Shown here: positions 43,232-52,799 of the stretch, one piece after another
Layout: every line of letters begins with the position of its first letter
Numbering within the stretch: the stretch's first letter is position 1
Assembly: GCA_027923505.1 (NCBI GenBank)
Contig: BROI01000026.1
Span: 62,001-126,000, forward strand
Origin: Mayamaea pseudoterrestris
Taxonomy: Eukaryota
Length of the DNA: 64,000 nt
Direction of reading: 5' to 3'
Notes under the pieces: model-generated
The model's input: only the letters and a program-made list of their open reading frames with translations
The model's database searches: none
What the model was told of the DNA's origin: nothing
Made by a program: the position numbers and the translations under genes

Positions 43232-43823
43232 GATTTGATAAATAGTTTGATTCTTGTTTCCCAGTGCTTAATTTCTTCTACAGTTTGGTTGCGTGACAAG
43301 TCTCGACCGACGACTCCAATCGAATCGACTCCAGTTTCTTTATGCGGCGTTCGTTTAATACAGCTTGATTTGGCCAATCGACTCCTTTAATATTCAATTC
43401 AGACGCTAATCAATCTATGAATATCAAAGATTTGTTTCTTGCCGTCCGCTAAATCAAGCTTAGCCGCTCTACTTTGGTCGACGAATGGCCATGGTCGATG
43501 GCGCCGCGCCGCGTGTTCATTCGTCTCCGGGTGTTCCGAGGCGAGTCACGCGTGCGCGAACGTGAGTAACGTTAAGATAACAATCTTTGCTTCTTTTCAT
43601 AACCGCTCGATGGGTATCCAAGCGTTTTTGGCGAGCGACGCAAACGACGAATCGAATCAAATTCGAATGGCGGCTTTGAAGTGAAAGAGACTCATTCCTT
43701 CGATCGTTGCTGCGAACACTACTACATTACTTTGCAACGCATCGCGAATATCGCATTATCTTTAGCTCTCGATAGTCGTCGAGCGAAACTCCTGCCGCGC
43801 TAATCGTTCCAACGAGCAAAATC

Positions 43824-45953
43824 ATGACGACGTCGGCAACCAACAGCGACCAGCAGCCGCGAGTGCACATTGTCGACATGAACGCTTCCTTGCTCTCCAT
43901 GACGGCAGCAGCAGCTTTGCAAGCAAATGATACAGCCGTCAGTAGCTTGACTGACATGCAACTTCCAGAAACAGCGACAGTTGCATCGGAAAGCAATGGA
44001 ACGGAGGTTTCGTCCGTCGCTTTGCTTCGTGGATGGCTCGATGACTTTGGCAAGCAGCAAAAGCAACACTTTCAAAAGAACAAGCACAAGGAAGAAGTAG
44101 TGCCTGAGCAAAAGGAGCATTCGCCAGTGCCCATGCCGCCGAGTCAAGTACGTCAGCTCAAAGGAAAGTGGAGTTCCAAGGTTGCAACTGCTTCCCGAAC
44201 GAACAAGGCGACGCATACTGCACCAGCCCCTCGCGTTGTCATTCAACATTCGACACCAAAGAAGATCGAGCTCGAAAAGGTTCAAGCAACGAATGATGGA
44301 TATGCATCAGTCAAGGAGCTTTCGGCATGGCTGGCGAGCGATCCAACGAACAGCACCACCATGATGCGTAAAAAGATTTTGAAGGGACGCAACATTGAAG
44401 CCAAGTCGGCAGTCTTTGCCGGGAGTGCAGCGCCGAGTAGTACAGTAGCGACAATGCAGCAACCTACAGTAGCTGCTGCTGCTCCCAGTAAGAATCACCG
44501 CCGCATGTCACTTTCCACAATGCCAGTTGCGGCAACGACTCACGTCGCCAGCCGACGCGCCAGCATGGCGCCACGCGAGTCGACCATGGACACTTGGGAA
44601 ACGAGTAGCCTCATAGGTGACGGCAAGACTAGCGAAGCGACTGGACTGGACGTTCTTGGCCGCGCCATGACGGAGATTGGAGTCAGTAGCAGCGGAAGCG
44701 ACGATGCCGCCGAAATATCCAGTCGCGCCAAGAACATGTGGCGGCAAAAGACACCACCTCGACCAATGGCTGCTCCACGACGGTATTCCATGGCGTTGGC
44801 GCTGCCGACGAAGAACCAGCATGCTACCGTGACTGACCGCGGTCGATTGCCATTCAACAGTCCGGCGTTGAAGAAGAAGCTAGTCGTCAATGTGGCAGCC
44901 GCGACGTGCGACAACATAAGTTTAAAAGAGCGCAGCGATGGAGCTCCCATGGTCGACATGGAGTCAAGCGATCAGTATGATAATGTCATCGAGATAAATT
45001 CGTCCGAGCTTCATGTGCCGCAAGCAGATGTGCAGGAAACCTTCCGTCGACCATTCACTCGATCGGTGTTGCAAAAACCAGTTACACTATTTGGCACCGC
45101 AGATGACGCCCAACCGTTCAAGCCAGCAAAGCGCACAGTTGATGACGGAGAGCAGACTCTCAAGACTTGCAGCTTGACTGCCGAGGAGCCGACGGAAGTC
45201 TCCATTGATCCGCCTATTGTCATGGCTAGCTCGACACTTTCCTCTTGGCCGGACACTGATATGAGCTACCAGCTGACTGATTCCGAAACTGCTGCGATAG
45301 CTAATGGAATTGCAGCTGACTGTGGAAGCTTCAATCTTGACATGATTGTTTCGTCTCATCAACTTTCCGAATATGAGAGCTACACTAGCTCTGCGAGCGA
45401 CTCGCAGCAGGTAGCCACGAAGCAGGAAGGCAACATTGCAAAGAACGGAATGCACAGTTGTCCACAGCTGCCATCTGTTACGCTTGACATTTCTAAACTA
45501 CGGAACACTCTAAAGCCACGTTCTGACAGGAAGGAAAAGAAAGATGACGAAAGCGACATGGGTCCTGTCGGTTTCCATGCGGCGCGCGCAAGTTTTCTCG
45601 CCAAGATTAATCCTCCTCCCAAGCCGGATCCAGAGCAGGAGGAAGACGAATGCGAGGAGGATTTGAACAAGCCAATCGACTTTCGCAAGGCTCGCGCGCT
45701 GCTCGTCAAGCGCTCCAAGCAGAACGGTAACGACGTGGAAGTCTTGAACAAGGTGACGCGTCGCAAGGCCAAATTTGAAGGCATGATTGGGCAGCAGCGC
45801 CGCCGCGCCTCTGTAGGGTCGACGGACGGCTTGTCGCGAGAACTTTTGCTTCACCGTGCCTCGTGGCAGCCCGTTGACAAACCAGGCAAGTTTGAAAAGG
45901 TGTTTGTTGGAGCTGAAGTGGCGCCGAAGAAGACTCTCGATGATCTTCCATAA
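43824..45953 (+). CDS. Hypothetical disordered protein sharing motifs with 27679-29640
   Basis: 709-aa ORF; SSVALLRGWLDDFG...QHF, GYASVKELSAWL, C-terminal W...GKFEK...PKKTLDDLP. Confidence 0.72.
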   Translation: MTTSATNSDQQPRVHIVDMNASLLSMTAAAALQANDTAVSSLTDMQLPETATVASESNGTEVSSVALLRGWLDDFGKQQKQHFQKNKHKEEVVPEQKEHSPVPMPPSQVRQLKGKWSSKVATASRTNKATHTAPAPRVVIQHSTPKKIELEKVQATNDGYASVKELSAWLASDPTNSTTMMRKKILKGRNIEAKSAVFAGSAAPSSTVATMQQPTVAAAAPSKNHRRMSLSTMPVAATTHVASRRASMAPRESTMDTWETSSLIGDGKTSEATGLDVLGRAMTEIGVSSSGSDDAAEISSRAKNMWRQKTPPRPMAAPRRYSMALALPTKNQHATVTDRGRLPFNSPALKKKLVVNVAAATCDNISLKERSDGAPMVDMESSDQYDNVIEINSSELHVPQADVQETFRRPFTRSVLQKPVTLFGTADDAQPFKPAKRTVDDGEQTLKTCSLTAEEPTEVSIDPPIVMASSTLSSWPDTDMSYQLTDSETAAIANGIAADCGSFNLDMIVSSHQLSEYESYTSSASDSQQVATKQEGNIAKNGMHSCPQLPSVTLDISKLRNTLKPRSDRKEKKDDESDMGPVGFHAARASFLAKINPPPKPDPEQEEDECEEDLNKPIDFRKARALLVKRSKQNGNDVEVLNKVTRRKAKFEGMIGQQRRRASVGSTDGLSRELLLHRASWQPVDKPGKFEKVFVGAEVAPKKTLDDLP

Positions 45954-46291
45954 ACCCAAAGCAGATAAGTCGTCAATAGAAAGGTAGAATTGATAGTAAA
46001 CAGCAAGTTTTGGACGATAAAGCATAGTAGTAGTGAGCTTGCGGCAAAATATCAGTACTTTTGGATGAACGCATTCACGGCGGCGACCTATTATTATGTT
46101 AAAATTGTAACTAATCGGAAACGAAAGTGCCCTTTTGAGATTTTTGCCTATAAGTGAAAGACGCACTAGGAAATTGGTATTGTATTGTGTTTCTTTATTA
46201 TTTTAGCAGGAAGTCAAAAGAGTGTACGCACAGTGCCAAGCGCAACGCATGCATCACACCATCCCTTTCAACTTCCACTTCGTAGACTGAT

Positions 46292-47503
46292 TCACGCTTC
46301 ATCCGTGGTTGCGTGTCGATACTTGTTTCGTCCAAAGCAAGCCTGCCGATTCTTTTGTAGCAAAGCGAGCAATTCGGAGAGCAAGTTGGCCGTCGGTGCA
46401 TTGTTTGCATGCTGGTAACCTAGAAGCGGCAATCGCAGCACGAGGCGAAGCAAGTACTCGCATCCGTAAATCTGGACGAGCGGTTTGCTGGAATTGCTAC
46501 TGTCATTGCTGGCAACATCATTAGCTGCAAGTATTTGGTCATACTGTCGTCGCTCCTGCGGATACAAGAGACAGACTGGTAATGCTTGATGAAACAACTG
46601 TCGCAACTGGTTGCAAAACTCGACTCGCGAAAGATGATCCTTGGCAGCATCCGTGGCTGCCTCGGTAGCGTTAGCATCTTCATTTGTAATAGCATCACCC
46701 GATTCATCGACTACATGCGTTTGCTTTTGTTGCTTTCGTTCCTCCTTGCAAAAGTGATCAAGCACCTTGTCAATGGAAACTGCCGCTGGCAAGTCGTGCC
46801 TCAAGTTTGATCCGCAAATGGCTTCGTATTCATCCACCAATACCGTTCGTAGCGTAAATGGCAGTGCGAAGCAAACGTCTTGCTCGGAAAAGTAGTGCGA
46901 CGGCGCTGCAAACGTTCCATTTTGCGAAACGTGGAGCCGGCGCTTGCTCGAGTCTCGTGGTTGCTGCCCTTGCTCCATCTGCGGCTCGAAATCGTCAGAC
47001 TTGCGCTTGGCCTTGCGTTTGGAATTCTCCTGGATGCTATTTTCCTTGTCTCTGACTCCGTGCCGTGGTGTCGCAATCTTGGAGCGACAGCCGTGCTGCT
47101 GCTGCATCTCCAACCGTTCGAATGGAATCCACTCGTCCCACTGACTGCTGCTTTTCGGACCGTACGGATGGACTAGCGCTTGTGAATGAGAGACTCGCCG
47201 AATAATTCCACTCCAATACAAGTCGCTTGCAGATGTAGTAGTCGTTGTCGATGCTGTAAAGGCGTTGTTGAATGTTGCGTCGTCATCGACGCTCACTACT
47301 TGCTGTCGAACGCCTGCTGCATCTTCGCCTTGCACTTTGACGTAGACTTTGTCTCCGACTGCAAACGAAACAACATTATTTTCCGGGGTAGACGATTGCG
47401 CTTCTTCATAAGTGCTGCCTTGATGAATGACAGCATCACTGCTTGTGCTGCTGCGATTGTTAGGAGGAGGCGTCGAGTCGATTTGCATTGCAACGACTGA
47501 CAT
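46292..47503 (-). CDS. MRG15/EAF3-like chromatin protein (chromo-barrel + MRG domain)
   Basis: FAVGDKVYV, QWDEWI; LPFTLRTVLVDEY, ALPVCLLYPQERRQY, IYGCEYLLRL. Confidence 0.88.
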   Translation of the reverse strand: MSVVAMQIDSTPPPNNRSSTSSDAVIHQGSTYEEAQSSTPENNVVSFAVGDKVYVKVQGEDAAGVRQQVVSVDDDATFNNAFTASTTTTTSASDLYWSGIIRRVSHSQALVHPYGPKSSSQWDEWIPFERLEMQQQHGCRSKIATPRHGVRDKENSIQENSKRKAKRKSDDFEPQMEQGQQPRDSSKRRLHVSQNGTFAAPSHYFSEQDVCFALPFTLRTVLVDEYEAICGSNLRHDLPAAVSIDKVLDHFCKEERKQQKQTHVVDESGDAITNEDANATEAATDAAKDHLSRVEFCNQLRQLFHQALPVCLLYPQERRQYDQILAANDVASNDSSNSSKPLVQIYGCEYLLRLVLRLPLLGYQHANNAPTANLLSELLALLQKNRQACFGRNKYRHATTDEA

Positions 47504-47937
47504 GCTGCTGTATCGTATGTAGCCTCTCGTGTTAAATGTTAGAAATGCTATTCAGCTACTCAATTAACTCTTATGACAGTGATTGTAACAAGATGAGTTA
47601 ACAATTGAGATGGTACGATCAGTCACAATGTAGGTGCAAAGGTACCATCATGGTGAAGATTGGAGGCCGGTGGCTGCATGCCGACAGAAGATGACGTAGT
47701 TAAACCCGGTACGACATATAAGTGGCACTCAGAGTTAGTTGAATCACAGTGAGCCAAAATGTCTCGAAGAAGTCATAAGTTCAAATGACTGTGTCGAGAA
47801 GGCCCATGTCGATGCGTCACTGTTCAAGGGCATAATAGACAAGCAAGCAAGATCAAGTTACGGTTGAAGTGGCAATATTAGAATGTTCACAGCTGTGCAT
47901 TTTTAATCGTGCCACCCATGCCACGCGCCACAATTTC

Positions 47938-48349
47938 AGAAATCCTGCGGATGACGTCATCAAGCGCCGGACGGACGTCACGAGAAAACTTCAAATAAAG
48001 TTCGCGTCGCCCTTTTTCACCAACGCGCAAAGCAGCACAGTGCAACAAAGCTTCTACATCAATCTAAAGACAACTAACTAACGATTTATAAAGAAAGATG
48101 TTGGCGCAGACTGGTCCCGTCGCTTGGGAATAGATTCTTTGGGGATGTTGAGGTGCGGAACGTTTTTCGCTCAAGCGGGCAAGTGCGACATCCATCGGTA
48201 CTCGACTGCGTCTTAGGATTGCTCGCGCACCTCCTCTCCGATTTTTACTCGTTGGTAACCGTTGGAAAGCCCGTCGAGTCGTAAATGAAATGTGATGCAT
48301 AACTAAAAAACGTCAAAATGGTCATTATGACGTCATCCGCAGGATTTCT
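47938..48349. mobile_element. Putative MITE-like segment with perfect 23-bp terminal inverted repeats
   Basis: AGAAATCCTGCGGATGACGTCAT (47938-47960) and its exact reverse complement (48327-48349). No TSD evident. Confidence 0.5.
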
Positions 48350-48579
48350 ATCCGGCCAGTCTTATATCTCGGGCATTGCACGCTTCGAGGTCGCAACTCC
48401 GCGACCAAGTTGGTCTTGATAGGTCGATTGGTCTTCCTTGCCTAATCGTAAAATTATCACAGACGAAAGGCCCAGCAAGTACGTTGATCATCAGTTCATC
48501 ATCAGCCTTCTTTCAAATTCAAAGCATTCAAAGCATTCATAGCATTCAAGCCCAGCCTTCATCTTACCATACAAGTACC

Positions 48580-49134
48580 ATGCCATTCCTCAAGTCATCA
48601 CGATCGGGACCATCTCGTATTCGAAACTTTGTGAAGCCAAAGTTTCTTCTGTTTGGAAGCAGCAACGATTCCGCCAGCGTCTCGTCGGCGCTGTCCGTGT
48701 ATGATCGGTCATGGGATGATGACAAAGTATTGGCCGATCCATACGTCTTGGTACGCATCCATGAGCAGGAGCACAAGTTGGAACATGTTTCGCAAAACAT
48801 TGAATCCATCAAGAATGTGCTCCTGTGTCGATGCAGCAACGGCGGCGGCAACGAAATGACCTTTCGCATTTCGCTGGCGCAGTTCAAGAATGCCAACGCT
48901 GACCGCGACCACTTGCTGGGAGTGATTGGGTCATTGGAGTATCTGCGACGAGAGATTGAAGATTCCGAGGAGCGATTCGACTGGAAAAAGCAGTGCGACG
49001 ACTTGGTGACTGGCGAACCTCTTCGGTTCAGCGTCAAGGATGATGGAAACCTTTCGTTGGATGAGCTCAAAGAGCAGGTTCAAAGTTACTGTCGGATATT
49101 GGATGACGATGTTGATGATGGTTATTACGAATGA
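48580..49134 (+). CDS. Hypothetical protein
   Basis: ORF from MPFLKSS; helical/coiled-coil character. Confidence 0.55.
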   Translation: MPFLKSSRSGPSRIRNFVKPKFLLFGSSNDSASVSSALSVYDRSWDDDKVLADPYVLVRIHEQEHKLEHVSQNIESIKNVLLCRCSNGGGNEMTFRISLAQFKNANADRDHLLGVIGSLEYLRREIEDSEERFDWKKQCDDLVTGEPLRFSVKDDGNLSLDELKEQVQSYCRILDDDVDDGYYE

Positions 49135-49476
49135 GCACACCCTGTAAATATGTAGCTTAATGCATAAAATATATGTTACATGATAAAGATGAATTCTTGT
49201 TTACAATGTCATTTGACGCGGCTACGCTTGATACTTGATGCGTCGATCAAAAAGTCAGCAGTGGCAAGGCGCTTATAGCTGCTTGTAGATGCCAATCGCG
49301 TCACTCCGCTGCCATAATCTTCAATTCCTTTCTTGCGTGTCGTCTGTCAATTTGGAACTACCCATTCGTCGGGCAGTTTCGGCTGCACCTATGGCGGGAG
49401 CACCAATAAACCCGCATAGGCTGCTGCGTAGACGCGTAGACAGTTAACTACTACCAAGTAAGTCAGTGAGTTATTC

Positions 49477-50472
49477 TTATTCCTTTTCCTTTTTTGCCGC
49501 CATGATTTCGTTGGGTGTTTGTCCGTCACGATTTGGAACATGTTGGGCTTGTTCATTCACCAGCAAAAGGTACTGGACTGTCTCAAACGGTGCATTGCTT
49601 CGGCAAGCAACATGCAAGGGATAGTTTCCGCAATTTTCTCGCATGGAAGCTACTTCTGATTGACTCAATATCATTAGCAGAGCCGTCTGTGCATCGTTTG
49701 GTGACTTTCGAAGCAGCAAGTGCAATGCCGTCTCTTGGCGAGGGCCGTCGGGTTGCGAAAGCACTTGCGGAGCCGCGTGAATGAGGAGCGACAAGACGTC
49801 TGGCGCACATTCGTGCTGAATCGCCAAGTGAATGGGATATGAAAAGTATTCATTCGAGTTTAAATGCATGGGAATGCTTCTTGACGCAGCGGCTGGATCT
49901 CCTCGGAGGAGGTGCTGCACAATCTCAACCGAAGCGTTGGAATGAAGGCACGCTCGATGCAGCAAGTCATCCTGACGACCCAGTGGCTCAATGGTTGAAG
50001 CAATGACTCGTTGTCTTTTGTTTGCATGGTTCATGGTGACTGCTAGCTCCGTGGAATGCGTCTTGTAGCGTAGGACTCGCTGGAGAAAGGCCGAAGGCTC
50101 CGCAAAAATGGAAGCAACTTGCACGTCGGCTTGAAAGACTCGCTTTTTATAGGGAGGAGTCATTGGTTGATGACTTGAGCTAGCGTTACTCAAGAGCGAA
50201 TAGGACGATGAAGTTGAGCAAGCTCCAAGAGATGGAAGCATCGCCGTTGACTCGTCGAATGAAGGAGGATCAATTTTGCATGCCGCAAAGGATGCGCTGT
50301 TGGCCCTCGGCAAGTTCTTCAAAACTAGCGGCTGATCCGCCATGCTTGCCAGCATATTGGTGATGCTTGTATCGCTTCCGCTCGCTGTCAGTTCCATAGT
50401 TACCGTCGCTATATCCCTTGGTCGATCGATGATTGTAAAACTCTCTCCGCTTCGACGGGCTTTCCCATCCAT
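49477..50472 (-). CDS. Ankyrin-repeat protein (paralog 1)
   Basis: LLHRAC, YPIHLAI, ETALHLLL, NYPLHVAC, GQTP. Start uncertain. Confidence 0.85.
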   Translation of the reverse strand: MDGKARRSGESFTIIDRPRDIATVTMELTASGSDTSITNMLASMADQPLVLKNLPRANSASFAACKIDPPSFDESTAMLPSLGACSTSSSYSLLSNASSSHQPMTPPYKKRVFQADVQVASIFAEPSAFLQRVLRYKTHSTELAVTMNHANKRQRVIASTIEPLGRQDDLLHRACLHSNASVEIVQHLLRGDPAAASRSIPMHLNSNEYFSYPIHLAIQHECAPDVLSLLIHAAPQVLSQPDGPRQETALHLLLRKSPNDAQTALLMILSQSEVASMRENCGNYPLHVACRSNAPFETVQYLLLVNEQAQHVPNRDGQTPNEIMAAKKEKE

Positions 50473-51069
50473 CTCGGATCTGTTCCGCAACGATACCCCA
50501 ACACGATCCGCTGCTTGTTCTATGCTTCCGAAATGTCCAGAAATAATGTCAATGACAGTCAAACTGACGCACCATTTTCTATCAGGCAATGATCTTCACT
50601 GACGCACTTCCAAAACAAAACGGCAAGGCATATAACAAACTAGTATCAATTACGTAGCGGCCCATGTCACTGACTATCGCACGACCTATCGGAGTATACA
50701 ATGTCGCTCCAAGAGTACAAGCGATCCGGCCAGCCATTGTTGTAGGAAACCCTTCCGAGGTCACTTCCTTGACACTGCTGCCAAATCCGAACTGGTTAGC
50801 TACGATGAAGCAATAACCTGCCAACCTTGGTTCTACGCCGAAGCACATGTGAGAGCGATAGTTCCGCGGTGGCTTCCTCGTGGCGTTGCAAATCCGAACC
50901 GAAGTATGAGTAGGAGTTGAGATTTATTAGCTACCCGAAATAAGTGTAACACATTTGCTACTCAGGCTAGGCTATTCACAAATTGGCGAGAGGAATGTAT
51001 GCGTCGCCTTACTACGCACGGTTACTAAGGAAGCGCATGAGACCAAACCATTTTATGTTTATGCTACGA

Positions 51070-52200
51070 TTATCTGCTTTCTTCGCGTTGCTTGTAAATC
51101 ATCAGCAGAGTCTCCGGAGTCTGCCCATGGACATTTCTGGCGCTGCAGGCATCGGGACAAACGTGAACAAGATACTGTATAACATTGCTACTAGCTCCAG
51201 ATTGACACGCAACGTGCAACGGAAAGTTACCTTCATGGTCAACGATTGAAGCAAGGCCTGGATGCCGCAGCAGCATTTCCAGCATGACTTGCTGCTCGTG
51301 TGGCGCGAAACGAAGTAGAATGTGCAAGGATGTTTCAAGCCGAGCGCCGTCTGGTAGACTGAGTACATGAGGCGCTGCTTGAATGAGGGCGTCGATGGCT
51401 TCAGGTCGAGCATTGTGAGTGATAGCAATATTGAGCGGATACATGAATGAATCAATTGGTGTCGGCGTGTAAAGCGACGCGGCTGCAGTGCTTGTCGTCT
51501 TGACATCCGTGTCCATCTGTGCGTGTGACAAAGCTGTCGTGGACAGCCTTGGATTCAGTGGACGTGATGCTGCCATTGGGTCGGCAAGTAGAAGCTGTTG
51601 GACTTGGCCAAGTGTAACGTCTGAGCGACAGCATGCTCGATGTAGGATGAATTCATCGTTTCGTATTTGGAACGCTAGTTCATGTTGTACCAAGCCTGTT
51701 CCAGATGGTCTTCGGTCTTGACAAAGCTCCAATGGTTGTGATGCTGCTTTGCTTCGTAGCACTTGTTGCAAATACGCCGATGGTTCCGCAAAGAGCGAGG
51801 CAACTTGCACACCGCCGATGCATCTTGTTTGCGGTGGCGACGGTGCCATGCTAAAGGGTGACAGTGGTTGAAAAGAAGACTCGAGATGTTGCTGCACACA
51901 AAGATTTCGAGGAATAACGGGCGTCGTCATTGCTGCAACAAAGTCTTCCGAGCTGCCTCCCTTCATGTCGTCGCTGTCGCTGCTGTCCTCTATCGAGTTC
52001 TGTTGTATGCGTTTGGTTGTCTTTACTGCTACTGATGTTAAGCTCGTTCGGTTTGGGTTTGAAGACATGGCTAGCAATTTTAGCTTCGTTTTTGATTTGT
52101 GAGCCGACGACCCTCTCGCCGCTTGGATTGCTTCGATGTCGCCGCTGGAAGGTGGCAGACGACGAACTTGTTCCCGGTTCGGACGGGTTCGATGCGACAC
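51070..52200 (-). CDS. Ankyrin-repeat protein (paralog 2)
   Basis: ILHRAC, YPLNIAI, ETSLHILL, NFPLHVAC, GQTP. First in-frame ATG is 52068. Confidence 0.85.
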   Translation of the reverse strand: MSHRTRPNREQVRRLPPSSGDIEAIQAARGSSAHKSKTKLKLLAMSSNPNRTSLTSVAVKTTKRIQQNSIEDSSDSDDMKGGSSEDFVAAMTTPVIPRNLCVQQHLESSFQPLSPFSMAPSPPQTRCIGGVQVASLFAEPSAYLQQVLRSKAASQPLELCQDRRPSGTGLVQHELAFQIRNDEFILHRACCRSDVTLGQVQQLLLADPMAASRPLNPRLSTTALSHAQMDTDVKTTSTAAASLYTPTPIDSFMYPLNIAITHNARPEAIDALIQAAPHVLSLPDGARLETSLHILLRFAPHEQQVMLEMLLRHPGLASIVDHEGNFPLHVACQSGASSNVIQYLVHVCPDACSARNVHGQTPETLLMIYKQREESR

Positions 52201-52799
52201 TTCCGTCGAAGCGCAGAACCGTCGCCAGGGGCAATACTGGTCGAGTCACGCCGAGTCATTCAAATCTTACGTGTCAATCGTGTCAACTCTTGCTGCCGGC
52301 AGAGAAGCCGACCGTATTCCGCAAGTAATTGCCAGAAACATCCTTGTGACTACACTTTGGATTAGTCTTGGTTCAAATGCGAACTATCGAACGTCCGCAC
52401 ATAAGTCAAATAACGCCAGAGACTCCAGAATGACGAGTGACAAGGACGTTGTTGTTTCTTGATCACAGTCATTCTTCAGAATTAACCGCTACCGTTATGT
52501 TGGTACAAGCTGTCATGTCAATCGGGACGGAATCGACATACGTCAAGGTCATTTTGGTCGTAGCGGGAATCACCGTGGTCGTAGCGGGACATCGAAACTC
52601 GGCCACCCTTCGTCCTCCACCATGACGACGAAACCCCCTACAAACACTCTTGCTGCATTTAACATTCTTGTCCCTAGCTCGCTCTTCATGAACGAAGGAC
52701 CCACGAACTGGTCTATTGACTTATTTTGTGGACTATAGAATCATAGAGAAACAGAAGCGGAACGCCGCAATTCTCTATTTAATTGAAGAGCAACCTGCA

